Positions 16,233 through 33,560 of a DNA stretch of 64,000 bases are shown here, in pieces. Position 1 is the stretch's first letter; each line of letters opens with the position of its first letter. Made by a program: the position numbers and the translations under genes. Below the pieces are notes generated by a model. That model did not search any database. It saw only the letters and a program-made list of their open reading frames with translations, and had not been told where the DNA came from. This DNA comes from the human T2T-CHM13v2.0 reference genome, Homo sapiens, in NCBI RefSeq assembly GCF_009914755.1, contig NC_060936.1; one strand, 5' to 3'.

Positions 16233-16863
16233 AAGGCTATGCTTGTTAAAATTTACAACCTGAATTACTGCAAAGGGGCAAAAGATGTTAACAGAAGGTG
16301 CAAATAAGCCCAAAGAATGGATGACAGGGCTTCCCAGGCAGTCAACATGTTTCAAACGCAGACTGTAAATGCTGCTCCCTGTTGATTTCTAGAACCTTCC
16401 AGGAGCACCAGCTTCTGGACAGGGCATCTCATATGCACCCATGACGAGGTGGTGGAGTCTGGTCTGTGTGGGAAGTTTGTCTATTGGGGAGGAGTCATGG
16501 GGCCATGATGGGGGAGGTTTGGCTCTGTCACTGTTTAACAGTGAGACCTTAGAAATATTGGCATCACTGAGCCTCAGTTTTCTACAGCTAGAAAGTTAGC
16601 ATAATAATTCATTCATCATTCATGCAAGTACCTGATAAATGATGAATTCATTCATTGAACAACTTTTAAATTTGGTAAGCGTTAGCTGAGATAATGTGTG
16701 CGAAGTGACATGCTTATCACTGGAAGACTTTGGGATTCACCAATACAAGTGGTTGTACAATTTGGAAACTGTTTTGTTTGTATCCAAATTTTATTTTGAA
16801 AAAATTCAAAACTACAGAAAATTTAAAGAACAGTCAACGAACTTCGCCCTCCATCTAAACTAT

Positions 16864-17401
16864 TGTATTAGTCAGGGCTTTCCAGAGGGACAGAACTAAT
16901 AGGATATATATATTTATCAAAGGGATTTTATTAGGGAGAATTGGGTCACATGACCACAAGGCAAAGACCCACGACTTCTGCAAGCTGAAGGGCAAGGAAG
17001 TCAGTAGTGGCTCAGTCCGAGTCCCAAAGCCTCAAAAGTAGGGAAGCCAACAGTGCTGCCTTCAATCTGTGGCTAAAGGCAAACCACTGGTTTAAGTCTA
17101 AGGGTCCAAAGGCCGAAGAACGTGCAGCCTGATGTCCAAGGGCAGGAAGCATCCAGCATGGGAGAAAGATGAAAATCTGAAGACTCAGCAAGCCAGCTTA
17201 CTCCACCTTCTTCCGTCTGCTTTTTCTAGCCATGCTGGTAGCCGATTGGATGGTGCCCACCCACATTAAGGGTAGGTCTTCCTTTCCCAGTCCACTGACT
17301 CAAATGTTAATCTCCTCTGTCAACACCCTCACAGACACACCAGAAACAATACTTTGCATCCTTCAATCCAATCAAGTTGACACTTCATACTGACCATCAC
17401 A
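16864..17401 (-). mobile_element. MLT2A (HERV-L) solo LTR
   Basis: TG...CA termini; ccttcaatccaatcaagttgaca; 5-bp TSD actat/cctat. Confidence 0.85.
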
Positions 17402-17439
17402 CCTATCAATTGTTGCTACATTTGCTTTTTTCCATGTAT

Positions 17440-17441
<2 letters not shown>

Positions 17442-17487
<46 letters not shown>
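17442..17487 (+). repeat. (CA)n microsatellite (~23 units)
   Basis: Seen directly. Confidence 0.95.
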
Positions 17488-17489
<2 letters not shown>

Positions 17490-19049
17490 CTTTTGACTGA
17501 ATCATTTGAAAAGAAGTTGCAAATACCACAACACTTTGCTTCTAACTACTCAGCATGAATCTCCTAAGAATGAGGACATTCTCGGGCAGGTATCGCACTT
17601 GAGCCATTAATATTGCTGCAATGATGTTGCATAGTAACAAAAATTCAAATTTCCTGAAGATGCCCCAAAATGTCTGTAGTAGGTTTTATGTTTTTATTGA
17701 TCCAGGATTCGAACCTGATCACCAATTGTTTTATTGCTTTTAGTTGCTATGTTTGTATGTCCACTGTGTCTCCTTTAATCCAGAAAGGTGCTACTTTTTA
17801 TTTCTCCTTCTTATTTGGTCTTTCATGACATTGAGAGGTTTTGGAGTCCAGGACAGTTGTTCTGCAGAACGGTCTGATTGTTTCCTTATGATTAGATTCT
17901 GGTTTAAGAGACAGGAATACTGCATAAACGATCAAGTCTCCAGAACATCACTTCTGTAGATACAGGATATCTGTTTGTTTCATTATTAGTGATGGTAATT
18001 CTGATCACTTGATTAAGGTGATATTGCCAGATTTTCCCATTGTAGAGGTTCCTTTTAACCTTTTGTAATTACTAAATAATTCATGGAGTGATCCTTTGAG
18101 ATAGTATAAATAACCAATTTCTCAATAACTTTTCACTCAGTGGTTTTGGCATCTCCTCAAAGTTTGTAGCAAAATGGCAATTTTCTATTTCTCTTTGTCC
18201 TACAATATATATTAGTTAACATCCAATCTAGTTTCCCCTTCAATTTTACTTCTTTCTTTTTTTTCTTCTCTTTTCTTCCTCCTTCTCTCCTTCCCTTCCT
18301 TCCCTTCTCCCTCCTCCCCACCCTTTCCTCCTTTCTTCCCTCAGGTTGGTGGCAGAATCCATTTCCCTGGGATTGTAGAACTGAGGTCCTGTTCTCTTGC
18401 TGGCTATTGGCTGGGAATTACTGTCAGTTCCGAGACTGCCTGCAGGTTTTTCTTATCAAAAGACAGTCTCCATAAGTCCTCTCACAGCAGAGCAGCTTCT
18501 TCAAGCCATCAAGGGAGATAAGTCTCTTTTTAGTAGGCTAAGACAGAGAGTTATTGAAAACAGTTTTAATAGGTGGGTGTTTAGGGTTAGAGTGTGTATG
18601 TCAGTGGGAACATGACACCCCTAACCAGGGGAAAGTTGACTCTAAATGGGAGGAGAGACTGAAAAAAACCTTATTTTTTATGTATAAAGCACATATATAT
18701 ATACACACAGAGAGAGAACATAAACTGATAAACAGTATATCTGTTATTAACATTTCATGAGGAATCTAACAAAAAAAAGTTTTCAAATGCTGCCTTAGGG
18801 AGAGACATAGTATCACTGGGTTAGGCCATAAAGCTGGTCTCTTTCAACCACAGTGATGTGAGGTAGGTTTGAGGGTACCCAAAATCATTGATGAGAATCC
18901 CTTACGCTGATCTCACTCCCTAGAGTTGACAAATGGCTTTCATTTATTGTAGGTGTTCTTATTGCCAGATCTGGACTTTTAAGGGGCAGTGGATGGGCTT
19001 TGGGTGGAGGAATCTCTGACGCCCTGAACTGTAGGCATAACATAGGTAC

Positions 19050-19429
19050 TGATATGGTTTGGCTGTGTCCCCACCCAAATCTCATCTTGAATTTTAACTC
19101 CCATAATTCCCATGTGTAGTGGGAGGAACCCAGTGGGAGGTGATGAATTATGAGGGCAGGTCTTTCCTGTGCTATTATCATGATAGTTAATGAGTCTCAT
19201 GAGATCTGATGGTTTTAAAAACAGAGTTTCCCTGCACAAGCCCTCTGCCTGCCACCATCCATGTAAGACAAGACTTGCTCCTCCTTGCCTTCTGCTGTGA
19301 TTGTGAGGCCTCCCCAGCTATGCAGAACTGTAAGTCCATTAAAGCTCTTTCTTTTGTATATGGCCCAGTCTTGGGTATGTCTTTATCTCGGGTATGTCTT
19401 TATCAGCAGTGTGAAAATGGACTAATACA
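19050..19429 (+). mobile_element. THE1 (THE1B-like) solo LTR
   Basis: tgatatggtttggctgtgtccccacccaaatctcatcttgaatt...ggactaataca; perfect TSD ggtac. Confidence 0.9.
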
Positions 19430-19449
19430 GGTACCTGTGTATGAGGGCT

Positions 19450-19690
19450 GGTGAAACATAGTCATTAAATCACAGAGCTTGAGTTGGACAACCTGGTTCA
19501 AATTCTGGCCTTGCTGTTTACTGTGTGACTTGGGCAAATTATTTAACCTCTCCAAGTTCATTAACCATAAAATGGGGATTAAAAAAAGTACTAAATCATA
19601 GGTTTGCTATGACAATTAAATAAATAAAGTATCTGGAACAGTGATTGGAACATAGTAAGTGTTTAGCAAATGGTAGCTATTATTATTATT
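19450..19690 (+). mobile_element. MIR
   Basis: gtgtgacttgggcaaattatttaacctctc...aaaatggggat. Confidence 0.8.
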
Positions 19691-20744
19691 ATGCATGTTT
19701 ATATTTATGAGAAGACATATTTATATACATTTATATTTATGGGAAGACATATTTATGAGAAGACAATTTTATGCTTTCATAAAATTCTCAAAGGGATCTA
19801 TGACTCCCAAAAGGTTGAGAATCTCAGAAATGTAAGAACTGTTCTTATTATAAACCCATTAAGTAACATATAATCCTCTCCCTGCTTATCCACATCCAAA
19901 GAGCCACCATGTTCTGGCTATTCAATTAGAATATCTACTCACCACTTAGATATATGACCTAGCCCGCCCACTCACCATCTCACACAAACGATTTCAACAG
20001 CTACCTTCTTCAACCTCCTACTCTTACCACCACTTCATCTTTTAGTTCCCTTTGTCTCCAATCTTGCCCTGTTTCAATCATCTGGAATTGTGTTGTTTGT
20101 TTGGGTTTTTTAATCTTTCAAATCCTATCTAATCTTTCTCTCCTACTGCAAATCCTTCAGTGGCTCTCCATGACTTAGGCAAAACCTTTTTGCCTGATGT
20201 AGTTTCTGATCTGACCCTGTCCGCCTCTCTTGACTTACAGTCCGCCTCTCCCTGTCTCCCACACTATGCTAGAGCTATCCTATACCCACCCCTCTCCTGC
20301 TTCCATGCCTTGAAGGTGCTCTTCTCTATCTGGAATGCCCTTGTCTCTCTGGCAGCGAGTCTCAAACTCAAAGCCTTGCCTGAAATTTCCAGACAGATTT
20401 ATGTTTATATGCTTTCTCTGTACTCCTCTTGAATTTTAAAACAATTTTTCCTTGTTTTGTGGTCATTTTTTTTGTCTCCAAAAGACTGTGAGCTCCTTAA
20501 AGACAGGAATCAAATAGTTTCATCTTTCTTCTTTGGTGCTAAATTTACTTAGTATATGTTCAATAAATATTTATTGGATAAGTGAACGAGTAAATAAATT
20601 AAAAAATTAATAAAGTTTAATAAGTTGCCCACACTATTATGTAACTGAAATAGCTGAATCTAGAGTCCCATGTATTCACACCGTTTTTGATCATAAAGAA
20701 CAATAAAACCCCAAGTTTGCTTAGCTTAATCAAAAAGAGCAATA

Positions 20745-21070
<326 letters not shown>

Positions 21071-22469
21071 AAAAGAGCAATAGGCCCAGAACTTGAATTC
21101 CAAGGGGCATCTTTCAGAGTTTCAGTCCAAGGTGGACCCAGGGGGTCCAATGACAACATCACCATCTGTCTCTCTAACCCTCAGCCCTATTTTCTTCTCA
21201 GCTCTTCACCTTTATCCACTAAAGAGGGTCCTTACCAGCAACAGGCTTAGTTCATCCTTAGAGCACCATGATTTTAGAAAAAAACAGAAAACAACTTCTT
21301 GTCCTAGCAACCATAGATTAATTCACTTGATGGCACTCTGATTGGCCTGCTTTGATCTTAGTCTGCGCAATACACTAATTGTTGTAAACAAGGAGATGGG
21401 GAGTCATGTTTGGCCAAGGCTTAACTACATGTCCACCTCTGTGGCCAGAGGACAAGCAAAGTAATGCAATTAGCAGTCCACTGGTGTCAGATGGGTTGTG
21501 GAGGTACAGTGACAATGGATAGAGGTTTCTGGGAAGATAGAAGCTGTGTATCTTCACTCTACCCAATGTTCCCTTCATTACTCCATGGAGCCTTTCTAGC
21601 CAATAATGGGCAGAAATAGAGACAACATTTATTTTTACTTCCATGGATACTTTAGGGAGGTGGCTGAAAGGAATCTTGGTCATTGTGCTTTACAGCCAGT
21701 TTAGTTGTTTAAATGTGATTGATTTGTGGCCTCAGCTGTTTGGGGAAATAAACACATAACAATTTCATTTATTTCATTCACTACCTCTAGTTATATTGTA
21801 TTAAATCTTCCTCACGGGGTAGCAGATCCCTTATCAAGAGCATAAACTGATCCAATTATTTTCTTGACACATCAGGCAATTGAAACTCATTTCGGTCTAG
21901 TTTAAGCCTGTGGTTCTGAATGTCCATTTCAAACTCCCGGGCTGTCCCAACTCGACCAAGGGGATTGTGAGCTGCTGCTCTTCCTTCTTGTGTCTCTGGG
22001 CATTGTGTTGTGGGAATGGGGAAAACAGGGGAGGACATAAGCAGTACTAGCTCACTCCCTTTCCCCTCCCCTCCCTGGGTCTATCCTTGCAGGCAATTGA
22101 GAGTTAGGAAGAAGAGATGAATTATCTGCTGGCAGAGGGTGAGGAGATGCCCTTGGTCTCCTCTGTTTGATGTGGTCCTCTCTGTGTTGATGACATGCAT
22201 GATTTTCTAGAGGTAATATTGAGCTTCATCCTGGCCCCTGCTGCCCCAGATGTCCCTGACCCCTCTAATCTCTCTCAATGATCCTTTACCTTGTGGGGCA
22301 TCCCTCCTCTTATCAACTTTGGACATCTTCATGTCCCCTGCCCCTTCCTTTAGCCCTCTGCTACCTTGCATGAAGCCCTGGGAATCTCTGACATCCTCTT
22401 TAACATTCTCAAATGGCTGCGGGGAACTAGGCTGGGTAGAAGATGCCTCATTTTCTTCCTAGGCACAAG

Positions 22470-22807
22470 GCAATAGATGGAATATCTGTGTCCCCCAGAA
22501 ATCCTTTGTTGAAGTCCTAATCCCCAATATGGTGGTATAACGAGGTGGGGCCTTTACTAAGTGATTATGAATGGAATTTGTGCCCTTATAAAAGAGGCCC
22601 CACAGAACTGTCTTACCCCTTCCACCACGTAAGGACCCAGTGAGAAGACAGTCATCTATGAACCAGGAAGCAGACCCGTACGAGACACCAAATCTGCTGT
22701 GATCTTGGACTTCCCAGCCTCCAGAACCATGAGGAATAGATTTCTGTTGTTTATAAACCACCCAGTCCATGGTATTTTTGTTATGGCAATCCAAGAGGAC
22801 CAAGACA
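22470..22807 (+). mobile_element. MLT1A-like solo LTR
   Basis: gttgaagtcctaatcccca...gtgcccttataaaagaggcccc...gatcttggacttcccagcctccagaac. Confidence 0.75.
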
Positions 22808-23539
22808 CACATTATCCACAGTTCCATCCCATCTCTCCATACTATTGGGGGCTACTCCAGCTAGCCTCATGATTTTAGAAATCTACAGGTAGGAAGTCCT
22901 TGGGTGCATGCATGCTCCCAACCTGGAGCTGCCACTGGTACACATTATGCCTTGTGCAGGCTGTAAAAGGGCACCTCATCTGAGTGGACAAATTACCCTT
23001 TTTCCTTGTTCCTCAGCCCCTATTCTTGCCCTCAGCCAGCCATCTTAATGAACAGTAAAAACGCACCATCCTATGTTGTGGTCCCCCCAGATTCCAGGGT
23101 AGGCATGCCAAGTTCACCCAAGAATCCCTTCACCCGTGATGGCAGCCCAGGGTTTGCCTACTGACTCGGCAGTTCCACAAGCATCCAGAGAGGTTGCCAG
23201 TCTCCACTTCTTGCAAGCAACCCCCTCAGTGATTTTCTTGAAGCTTCATCTTCCTTCAATTTGATGGGACAGCTGTTCTTATAGTGTGGTCATGAACTCC
23301 TGGGGGTCTTCAAGACCCTTTCAGGGGATTCACAAGGTTAAAATTACTTTCATAATAAAATATTTGCCTTTCTCACTGTGTTGACTTTTGCACTGAGGGT
23401 ACAATAATGGTAGATGAAACTGCTAGCACCTCAGCATTAATGAAGGCAGTGGCACTCAAATAAACTAGCAGCCATTGGGTTCTTCACCACCACACACTCA
23501 CCAGTAGGAAAAAAGAATTCCAGTTTCCATTAAGAATGT

Positions 23540-24184
<645 letters not shown>

Positions 24185-25014
24185 GGTATACATCTTTAAA
24201 ATAATATTCCTTGTGATGGAATGGGAAATACACATGAAGCACTTCTGCTGCATACAAAAGTATCATGGCTGTCCTAAGAAAAAACACTTTGCAACTGAGT
24301 TGTAAGCTGAACTAGCTCCTTCTTTCATGGAACACCATTTTTACTTGAAACAATATTGAAAAAACAAATTATTGCTCTATCAACTAAGAGTTTGGCAGCT
24401 ATTTCCTTGAAACTGTACAAAGAGAGCCTGTCGCTTCCAAAAAAGTAACTGACAGTATTGTTGTCACTTGAAAAAACAATGAGTTTTCAAGCAGAAGTTA
24501 GAATTTTTCAAAATTTGCGTCTGCAACCATAAGCTTGATAGCTTCCCATACTTAACACGTTTCTAATGACATCATAGGTGACAATGAATATGGTTTCTGA
24601 CCAGTGTAATGAAATGTATCAATTTAGGAAATCTGCATAACTCAAATAATTAATATTTCCAAATATTACCAATGGATGATGTTAAAAAAAATGGGAAAAA
24701 AGACCCATTCTGAGTATAAGAAAGACCAATGGATTTCAACATATTAATAGCAAAGACCAGAAATGATTAACATGGTTTCAGATTCCACATTTGAGTAATG
24801 CTTAAGAAATAACCATTTGTTAAATTTTTGTGTAATATCAAAGAAGTATATCCATAGTTACATTAACGGCTATTAAAATATTCATTTTTTTCTGATTACA
24901 CATCTGTGTGAGGTCAGTGTTTTTCATATTCTTCAATCAAAGTAAATACAACAGATAAAATGAAGTAGTAGATATAAGAATCTAGCAATTTTGGATTAAA
25001 GTGGACAGTAGAGT

Positions 25015-25223
25015 TTTTTTTTTCTTTTTTCTTTTTTTTTTGAGATGGAGTTTAACTCTTGTTGCCCAGGCTGGAGTGCAATGGTGCCATCGGCTCACTG
25101 CAACCTCTGCCTCCTGAGTTCAAGAGATTCTCCTGCCTCAGCCTCCCAACTAGCTGGGATTACAGGCGCACGCCACCACGCCTGGCTAATTTTTGTATTT
25201 TTAGTAGAGATAGGGTTTCACCA
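25015..25223 (-). mobile_element. 5'-truncated AluS (Sp/Sq-like)
   Basis: ctcttgttgcccagg; ends within the left arm. Confidence 0.9.
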
Positions 25224-25861
25224 GTAAGGAGGTTTTTAACACTGTAAAACAATGCTGCTATTCTCATTAATTTTTTGTTTGGAAAATACAGTTATTCACA
25301 TTAAAATCTTACTTATGTTAACATGTAATGGATTTTTATTATTTTTAAATAAATTAGTAAGTAAATATTTTTAAAGTTCTAGTTTTAATTTCTAATATCA
25401 TAAATGTTCACAGATGCTGTAAACAAAAGCTCCCTGGAGCTGTCAATAATTTTTAAACATGTAAAAGGGTCTTGTGACTAAAAACTTTGAGAACTGTTGT
25501 GCTAGGAGGTGGAGAAGCACCCCTCCCATCCACTGTAGAAGGAAAGGGCTCTGACCCCAAATACGGCAGGACTCACTAGGCCTCTGACTAGTTACCCAGA
25601 CCTCCCACAACATCTTTCCTCTTGATATAGAACCAGTTCTGCTGCTTTTTAGAAGTCCTGGGTGAATGTCTGGCTCAGTTGTTTGTGGGTCTATTTAGAA
25701 GGTTGGATATTTGGAACCTTTGTTCAGTGTTAGTTGTCTTTTCCTGGAGCTAGGAACTTTCCCACTCATTACTGTAAAATAATCTTTAATGGTTTTACGG
25801 TATTTTTGTTTCTTTGTGGGAGAGTAATTATTCTGTCACAACGTAGATTTGACCTTATTTT

Positions 25862-26518
<657 letters not shown>

Positions 26519-26545
26519 TGAGCTTATTTTAAAATATTCATTACT

Positions 26546-26920
<375 letters not shown>

Positions 26921-28189
26921 TTAGGTTAGAATCCCAGCTTCACCATTTGCAGAGAAACTTTGGGCAAATTATACAACTTTTCTAACCTCATTTTCTCATC
27001 TGTAAAATAGGATACAAATACCTGCCTTTCATGTTGCTCAGAGATAAGGTATATAAGTCATCTCACACATGATAGCCAATAAAATGAACCATCATCATGA
27101 TCATGATCATCATCATTATCTTAACAGAGGAGATGGGAGTTCCTGTTGGAATCCTCTGAGATGAGCAACCTAAGCCCTTTTTGGTGCTCTTAGTAAGTTT
27201 TTAGATTTCTCTCTGAATGCTAGGCAGCAGCATATCCACTGGATAAGATGAATTTCTATTATCCTTTTCCCCATTCTGTCCTGATAAAGAGAAAATGTTT
27301 CCATCATGACTGAAAGGCCATTTTCCCTGAAAAGGCTGTTTTTTCTTACCTCCAATTCCCCCCAAGACAAACACCCTCCTTTGGACTTCCCCCAACTCTA
27401 GACCTTGGTGTGGGCCAAAATGGACCCCAAATAAACCACCACTGGGTACCAAGTTTGCCCAGTAGTAGAAAAAATAAACAGCTGGTTGAATTTTATAAAG
27501 TAAGATTGCTAAATAAAAAGTGATGTGATGCTGCAGAGACTGTTCTCTTGAGTGTTTTTATTTATTTTTTTAGATAAGAGCCCCAGGAGGGGAATTTTAT
27601 GGAACGATGCATGAAAATGGTGTGCTTCCTCATACTGCTAAAATCGAAGCCCTGGGTCCCTTTCATAGCAGAGGGAGGCAGATTAATGAGTTGGGGGGAC
27701 ATGGCTGCTGCCTCTCAGCAGCTAGCTCAATTACCTCTCCTGTTCAAGCTGTGCTTTGGGTCTTGAAACACAAGACTGGTGGAATTTTAACCTTGCTGGA
27801 GGACTTTGTTCCTTCACTGAGGCTGCCTACTTTTAGCTTGAATATATCCTTTACTTCTCATAGACAGGCTTGCTGGAACCATGGGTGTGAGGGAATTACC
27901 CAGTGAGTGCCCTTTTAAAAACAAGTGAAGTAAATGAGATCATGAGGATAATGACAAATGAGAAGCTCTGGGAAGAAAAATAAGACCCATTTGGGGAAAG
28001 GATATTAGTAATATGCACTTTTGTGCTAATGAAGCATTTTGGTGGGAGAGGCAGCTTGTCCAAAGAGCTTGGTCAGAAATCATCTGAGTGCAGGTTACAG
28101 AAACCCACTCAGATTCACTCAAGTAAAATGCGTATTTAATATGAGGCATTAGGTATACCTCATGATCCCAAATGCATACAGGACAGCTG

Positions 28190-28448
28190 AGAATTAAGAG
28201 GTTTAGATCTCTATGGCTAAGTGTAGGGTCCTAAACCCTGGTTGCCTGGCTTCAAATCCTGGATGTATCACTTACACTACATGACCCTGGACAAACTACT
28301 CATCACTCTGTGATCCATTTCTTCTGTCTGTAAAGCAGGGAAAATAAGAGAACTTACATCTTAGAATTGTTGTGAAGTGAGTATATACACATAAAGTGTG
28401 TAGAATGGTGTCTGAAACATATTAATCTCTTCATAAATGTTAGCTATC
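28190..28448 (+). mobile_element. MIR
   Basis: ttcaaatcctgg...atgaccctggacaaact...ctgtaaa...ataaatgttagctat. Confidence 0.75.
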
Positions 28449-28538
28449 AAAATTTTCGTAATAGCTATCTTGCTTCAGACCAACTTTCCCACTAAGGACA
28501 AATAGAAAAACTGGATGAAATTTTTAAAAATAATTTTA

Positions 28539-28858
<320 letters not shown>

Positions 28859-30148
28859 TTAAAGACATTGGAGAACTGCGAAGGCTGGGAGGACTTAAGA
28901 GCCTAAGATCACAGAGAGAAGGGAAGCAAAGAGCTGTGAACCTGACATTCTGTGTTGCTTTTCCCCACAAGGCATCTGCTAGTTGACAAGGATTACCTTA
29001 GATACCCAGAATCTGGACAGAAAAGATTGAAAGGTGAAGAGTTGAGCATTTCTATTGGCAAACTTATGGAGATAAAGGACGTAAAAATTGGAGTTTAGGG
29101 TCAAGAAAAAGGAACCATGATGTTTACTCAATGTTTTCAAGTGGAACTTTCAAGGTTATAGTCTAGAAATATGGATTAACTAGAAATACAGCAACCCTCA
29201 TAAAGACTAAAGCCCAGTTTTGAATCTGTTCATTCATTGACTTAATTAAGGTGAGCTGATCTGCCTTTACCTAGTTACCTGCCAGAAGCAAAAGTTAATA
29301 ATCTTTGGAGGAAGATAACATAACCAAGAGCCTGATATATAATATCTCATATTAAATCTAAAATTACCGCATTCACTTGGAGATAAGACAAGATGTCCAG
29401 CAACCATGAGGAAGAGAAACCCAGACAGTACAAAGAGACCAATAGAAAATAAAGATACTGGAGTTAAAATGACTTTAAAATAACTGCCATAAATGTATTA
29501 AAGAAATTAGATGGTGGTGTGGTAATTTTCAACATAGAATATAGAACTATTGAAAATGATATGAAAATTCCAGAACTGAAAAATACAATATCCAAAATAA
29601 AAAACTTGACATATGAAGTTATCATTAGATTAGAAAGAGCTGAGATAGGATTAGTGAACTGAATAATTTGTCAGAAGAAAACATCTGGACTAAAGCATGG
29701 AGTGACAAAAGAATGGAAAATATGGACAAGAACCTAAGAAACATGTGGGACAGAGTGAAAGTTTGAACAAATAAGTAGTTGGAGCCCCAGAAGAACAAGA
29801 GGAATAGAATGAGGGAGAAACAATGTATGAAGACATAGAGGCTGAAAATTTTCCAAAACTGATCAGTACTGATCAATAGAGTGGGGGAGAAGTGATGTAT
29901 GAAGAGACAGAGGCTGAAAAATTTCCAAAACTGATATGCATCATAGATTCAAGAAGTTTTATGAACTCCAAAGAGAATGAATAGAAAGGAAATCACACAT
30001 AGGTACATGGTAGTGAAACTACTCAAAAATCAAAGAACATATCATCTTAAAGTCAACTGAAAACAATACATATTACCTTTAAAGAAGAAACAATAATTTG
30101 ATATGACTTCTCAAAAAAAAAAAAGGGGGGGGTTAACTATAACTAGGT

Positions 30149-30499
<351 letters not shown>

Positions 30500-33059
30500 T
30501 CACACTTCTGTACCCACTGATAATAACCTTTAAAATAAAAGTAAAATGAAGATATTTACAGACAAGTAAAATATGAGAGAATTCATCATCAGCAGATGCT
30601 CCCTAAAAAAATACTGAAGGGAGTTCTTGAGGTTGGAAGTAAATGATACACTGTGAAAGCATGGAAATACAGGAAAGAACAAAGATTAATGGAAAGCATA
30701 AATATGTGGGTATATCCAAATTAATATTGAATATAAAACAGCAATATTAATGTCTTATGTGGTTTAAAATATTTTTAGAATTAAAATATATGACAATAAC
30801 AGCATCAAAGGTGGGAGGGTGATAAATGAAGTATTCATGTTCCTTGAATTGTCCAGGAATTGGCAAATTTTATTCACTGATATTAGACTTGGCTGAGTCT
30901 ATCTGTGCAGTTGTCTTCAGGGCAATCACTGAAAAGAATAGTAACAATAGGTAAAACCTTGTTCATGGTAGATGGAATTATTAAAATACGTAATTAATCC
31001 AAAATAAGGCCAAAAAAAAAGTACAAAAAGGGAACATAGAACAGATGAAATAAAGAGAAAACAAATAGTGATATAACAAAATTAACCCAAATATGTAGAT
31101 AATTCCATGATTTGCAAAAAGACTTAATACTTCAATTTAAAGCCAAAGATTGTCAAACTGGATAAAAAATGAAATAAAACTATATTCTTTTTACAACATA
31201 CACTTTAAATACTAAGATACAGAAAATTGAAAGTAATAGGATAAAAGAAGGTATATCATGTAATGCCAACCAAAAGAAAGCTGTATAGTTATATTAACAT
31301 CAGATAAAGTAGACTTTAAGGCAAGAAGAATTATAAGAGATAAAGAGAAGTGTTTTAAAATGATTAAAAGGTCAATCTACAGGAAAGTGGAAATATTCTA
31401 AGTGTATGTGAACCTATTAACAATACCTCAGAATATATGAAGCAATAAAGACAGAGTTAAAAAGAGAAACAGACAAATCCAGAAGCATAGTTGGAGATTT
31501 TAATATATCTTTCTCAGTAACTGATAGAACAAGCAGGCAAAGAAGTCAGCATGATTATAAAACATGGCCTAGTTGATATATATAGAGCGCTACACCTGAC
31601 AACTGCAGAATACAGACTGTTTCCAAGTGCACATGGACATTTACCAAAATTGACCATGTACTGGGCCTTAAAGTAAATCTCAAAACGTTTTAAGGGATTG
31701 AAATAAACATGCTTTCTGACCGCAGTGGAATTGAGCTTGAAATAAATAACGATGGGCCACTACAGTATCTCTAAATATTTGGAAATTAAGCAATATACTT
31801 CTAAATAATTAACAATAAAATCACATTGGAAATCAGAAAGTACTTAGAATGGAATTGTTATGAAAATATGACGTATCAAAACCTGTGGTCACAGCTAAAG
31901 CAGTGCTTAAAGAATATGTATAGCTTAAAATGCGTATGATGGAAAAGAAGAAAGGCTGAAACTCAATTATTTATCTCTTAGGAAGTTAGAAAAATATCCA
32001 GCAAGTAAAACCTATAGAAGGTAGAAGGAAAAAAGTAATATATATAAAAGTAGAAATTAATAAAATTGAAAACAAATGTACAGTAAAGAAAATCAACAAA
32101 ACCAAAAGTTACTTTTTGAAATGACTCATAACATCAATAAATCACTTGCAAAAAAATAAAAACAGGAAAATAAAAAAGACAGATTTTAGAAATAAAAAGG
32201 AAATATTATTATAGGTCCTATGGGCATTAAGAATAAATTGGAGACTGTTAGAAACAACATGTCTATTTTTAAATTTGGAAATTTAAAGAAAATGATTAAA
32301 TCCCTAGGAAATCAAACCTTAACAAAACTGACATATGAGAGAGTGAGAAATCTGAAAAGCATTCTATCTATAAAAGAAAATTTAAAAATCTTTCCATATA
32401 ACCTCTTGGGAAAATTTTTTGCAGTGCAGTAAAGCTGAATGTATTTACACACCCTAAAATCCTGCAGTCTCACTTCTAGGAATATATACTCAGCATAAAG
32501 GAAGGTATATGGATACCAAAAGACATGTACAAGAATAAATATAGCAGCATCATTCTTATTAGCAAATGAAAACAATCCAAATGTATATCAGCAACCAAAT
32601 AAGTAAATGAAAAGTGGTAAATTGATTCAATAGAACACTATATAGCAATGAAAGTGAATGAACTATTTCTACATGCAATAAAGTGGATAATCATAAACAT
32701 AATATTGAGGGAAAGAAGCCAGATGCAAAAGAATATATATGATGTGACTCCATTTATGTAAAGTTCAAAAATAGGCAAAGTAATACAGAATACTGGTCAC
32801 CTTTGAGAAGGATGGAGGGAGTGGTTATTGTAAGGGTGTGTAAGAGATGCTGGTAATGTTCTGTTTTGATCCAGTTGGCTGTTACATTGATGTATTTATT
32901 CTATGATTGTGCATTTTAATATATGTATATTATACTTCAATAAGAGTTTTTTAAAAAAATATTAGCTATTATTACTTTGGTTGGTATAAGGGACTATGAA
33001 GGAAAGCTGTCAGGAGCCAAAGCAGCTTGGGTGGGTCCATACCACATTCCTATTTCCTT

Positions 33060-33560
33060 AGACTCTCCCGCTAATATTTGTGGAGCCTGGAAGAAGTGTA
33101 CAAATGGAGGCCCAAATACCATCTATAAAAATACTCTAAAGTTGTCATTCAGGCTAAGAGACTGTTCACTAAAATATGTCTTTATCCACCTACTTAGACA
33201 AATATACTTTTATAGTACCCTGGAAGGCCAGGTTTGAATTTAGAATTCTCAGTTTCAGAGCTGTAAAACGATGGCCTGGAGAGAGGCAGTTCCCCAGCCC
33301 CAGCCTGTGGCCCTGTCTTCCCAGTTCTGGCTCTCTGCAATGAGCCTCACCTGCATTTGTGTGGATATGCCATCCTGCACATGCAAGCTCCTTCACATCC
33401 CCAGCAAACTGCTGCCCTGTGGCCACCCCTTGGGTCCAGGGACACATAAACCAGCAGTGTGGCCCAGCCTGGGGAAGAGACATCTGAAGAAGAAGCCTGC
33501 ACAAGCTGTAGGAACAGATTCAGGGACATTTGGGCAGGGAGTATGGGGTCACAGATGACA
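33060..33560 (+). mobile_element. hAT-Tip100 element (MER115/Zaphod-like)
   Basis: gtacaaatggaggcccaaatacc...ctggaaggccaggtttgaatttagaattctc recalled from consensus. Confidence 0.5.

Larger units (their letters stand above)
16790..18240 (-). mobile_element. Old L1M (L1MC/ME-like) 3' region interrupted by MLT2A and (CA)n
   Basis: ttattttgaaaaaattcaaaactacagaaaatttaaagaa...gatcacttgattaaggtg...tttctcaataactttt. Confidence 0.6.
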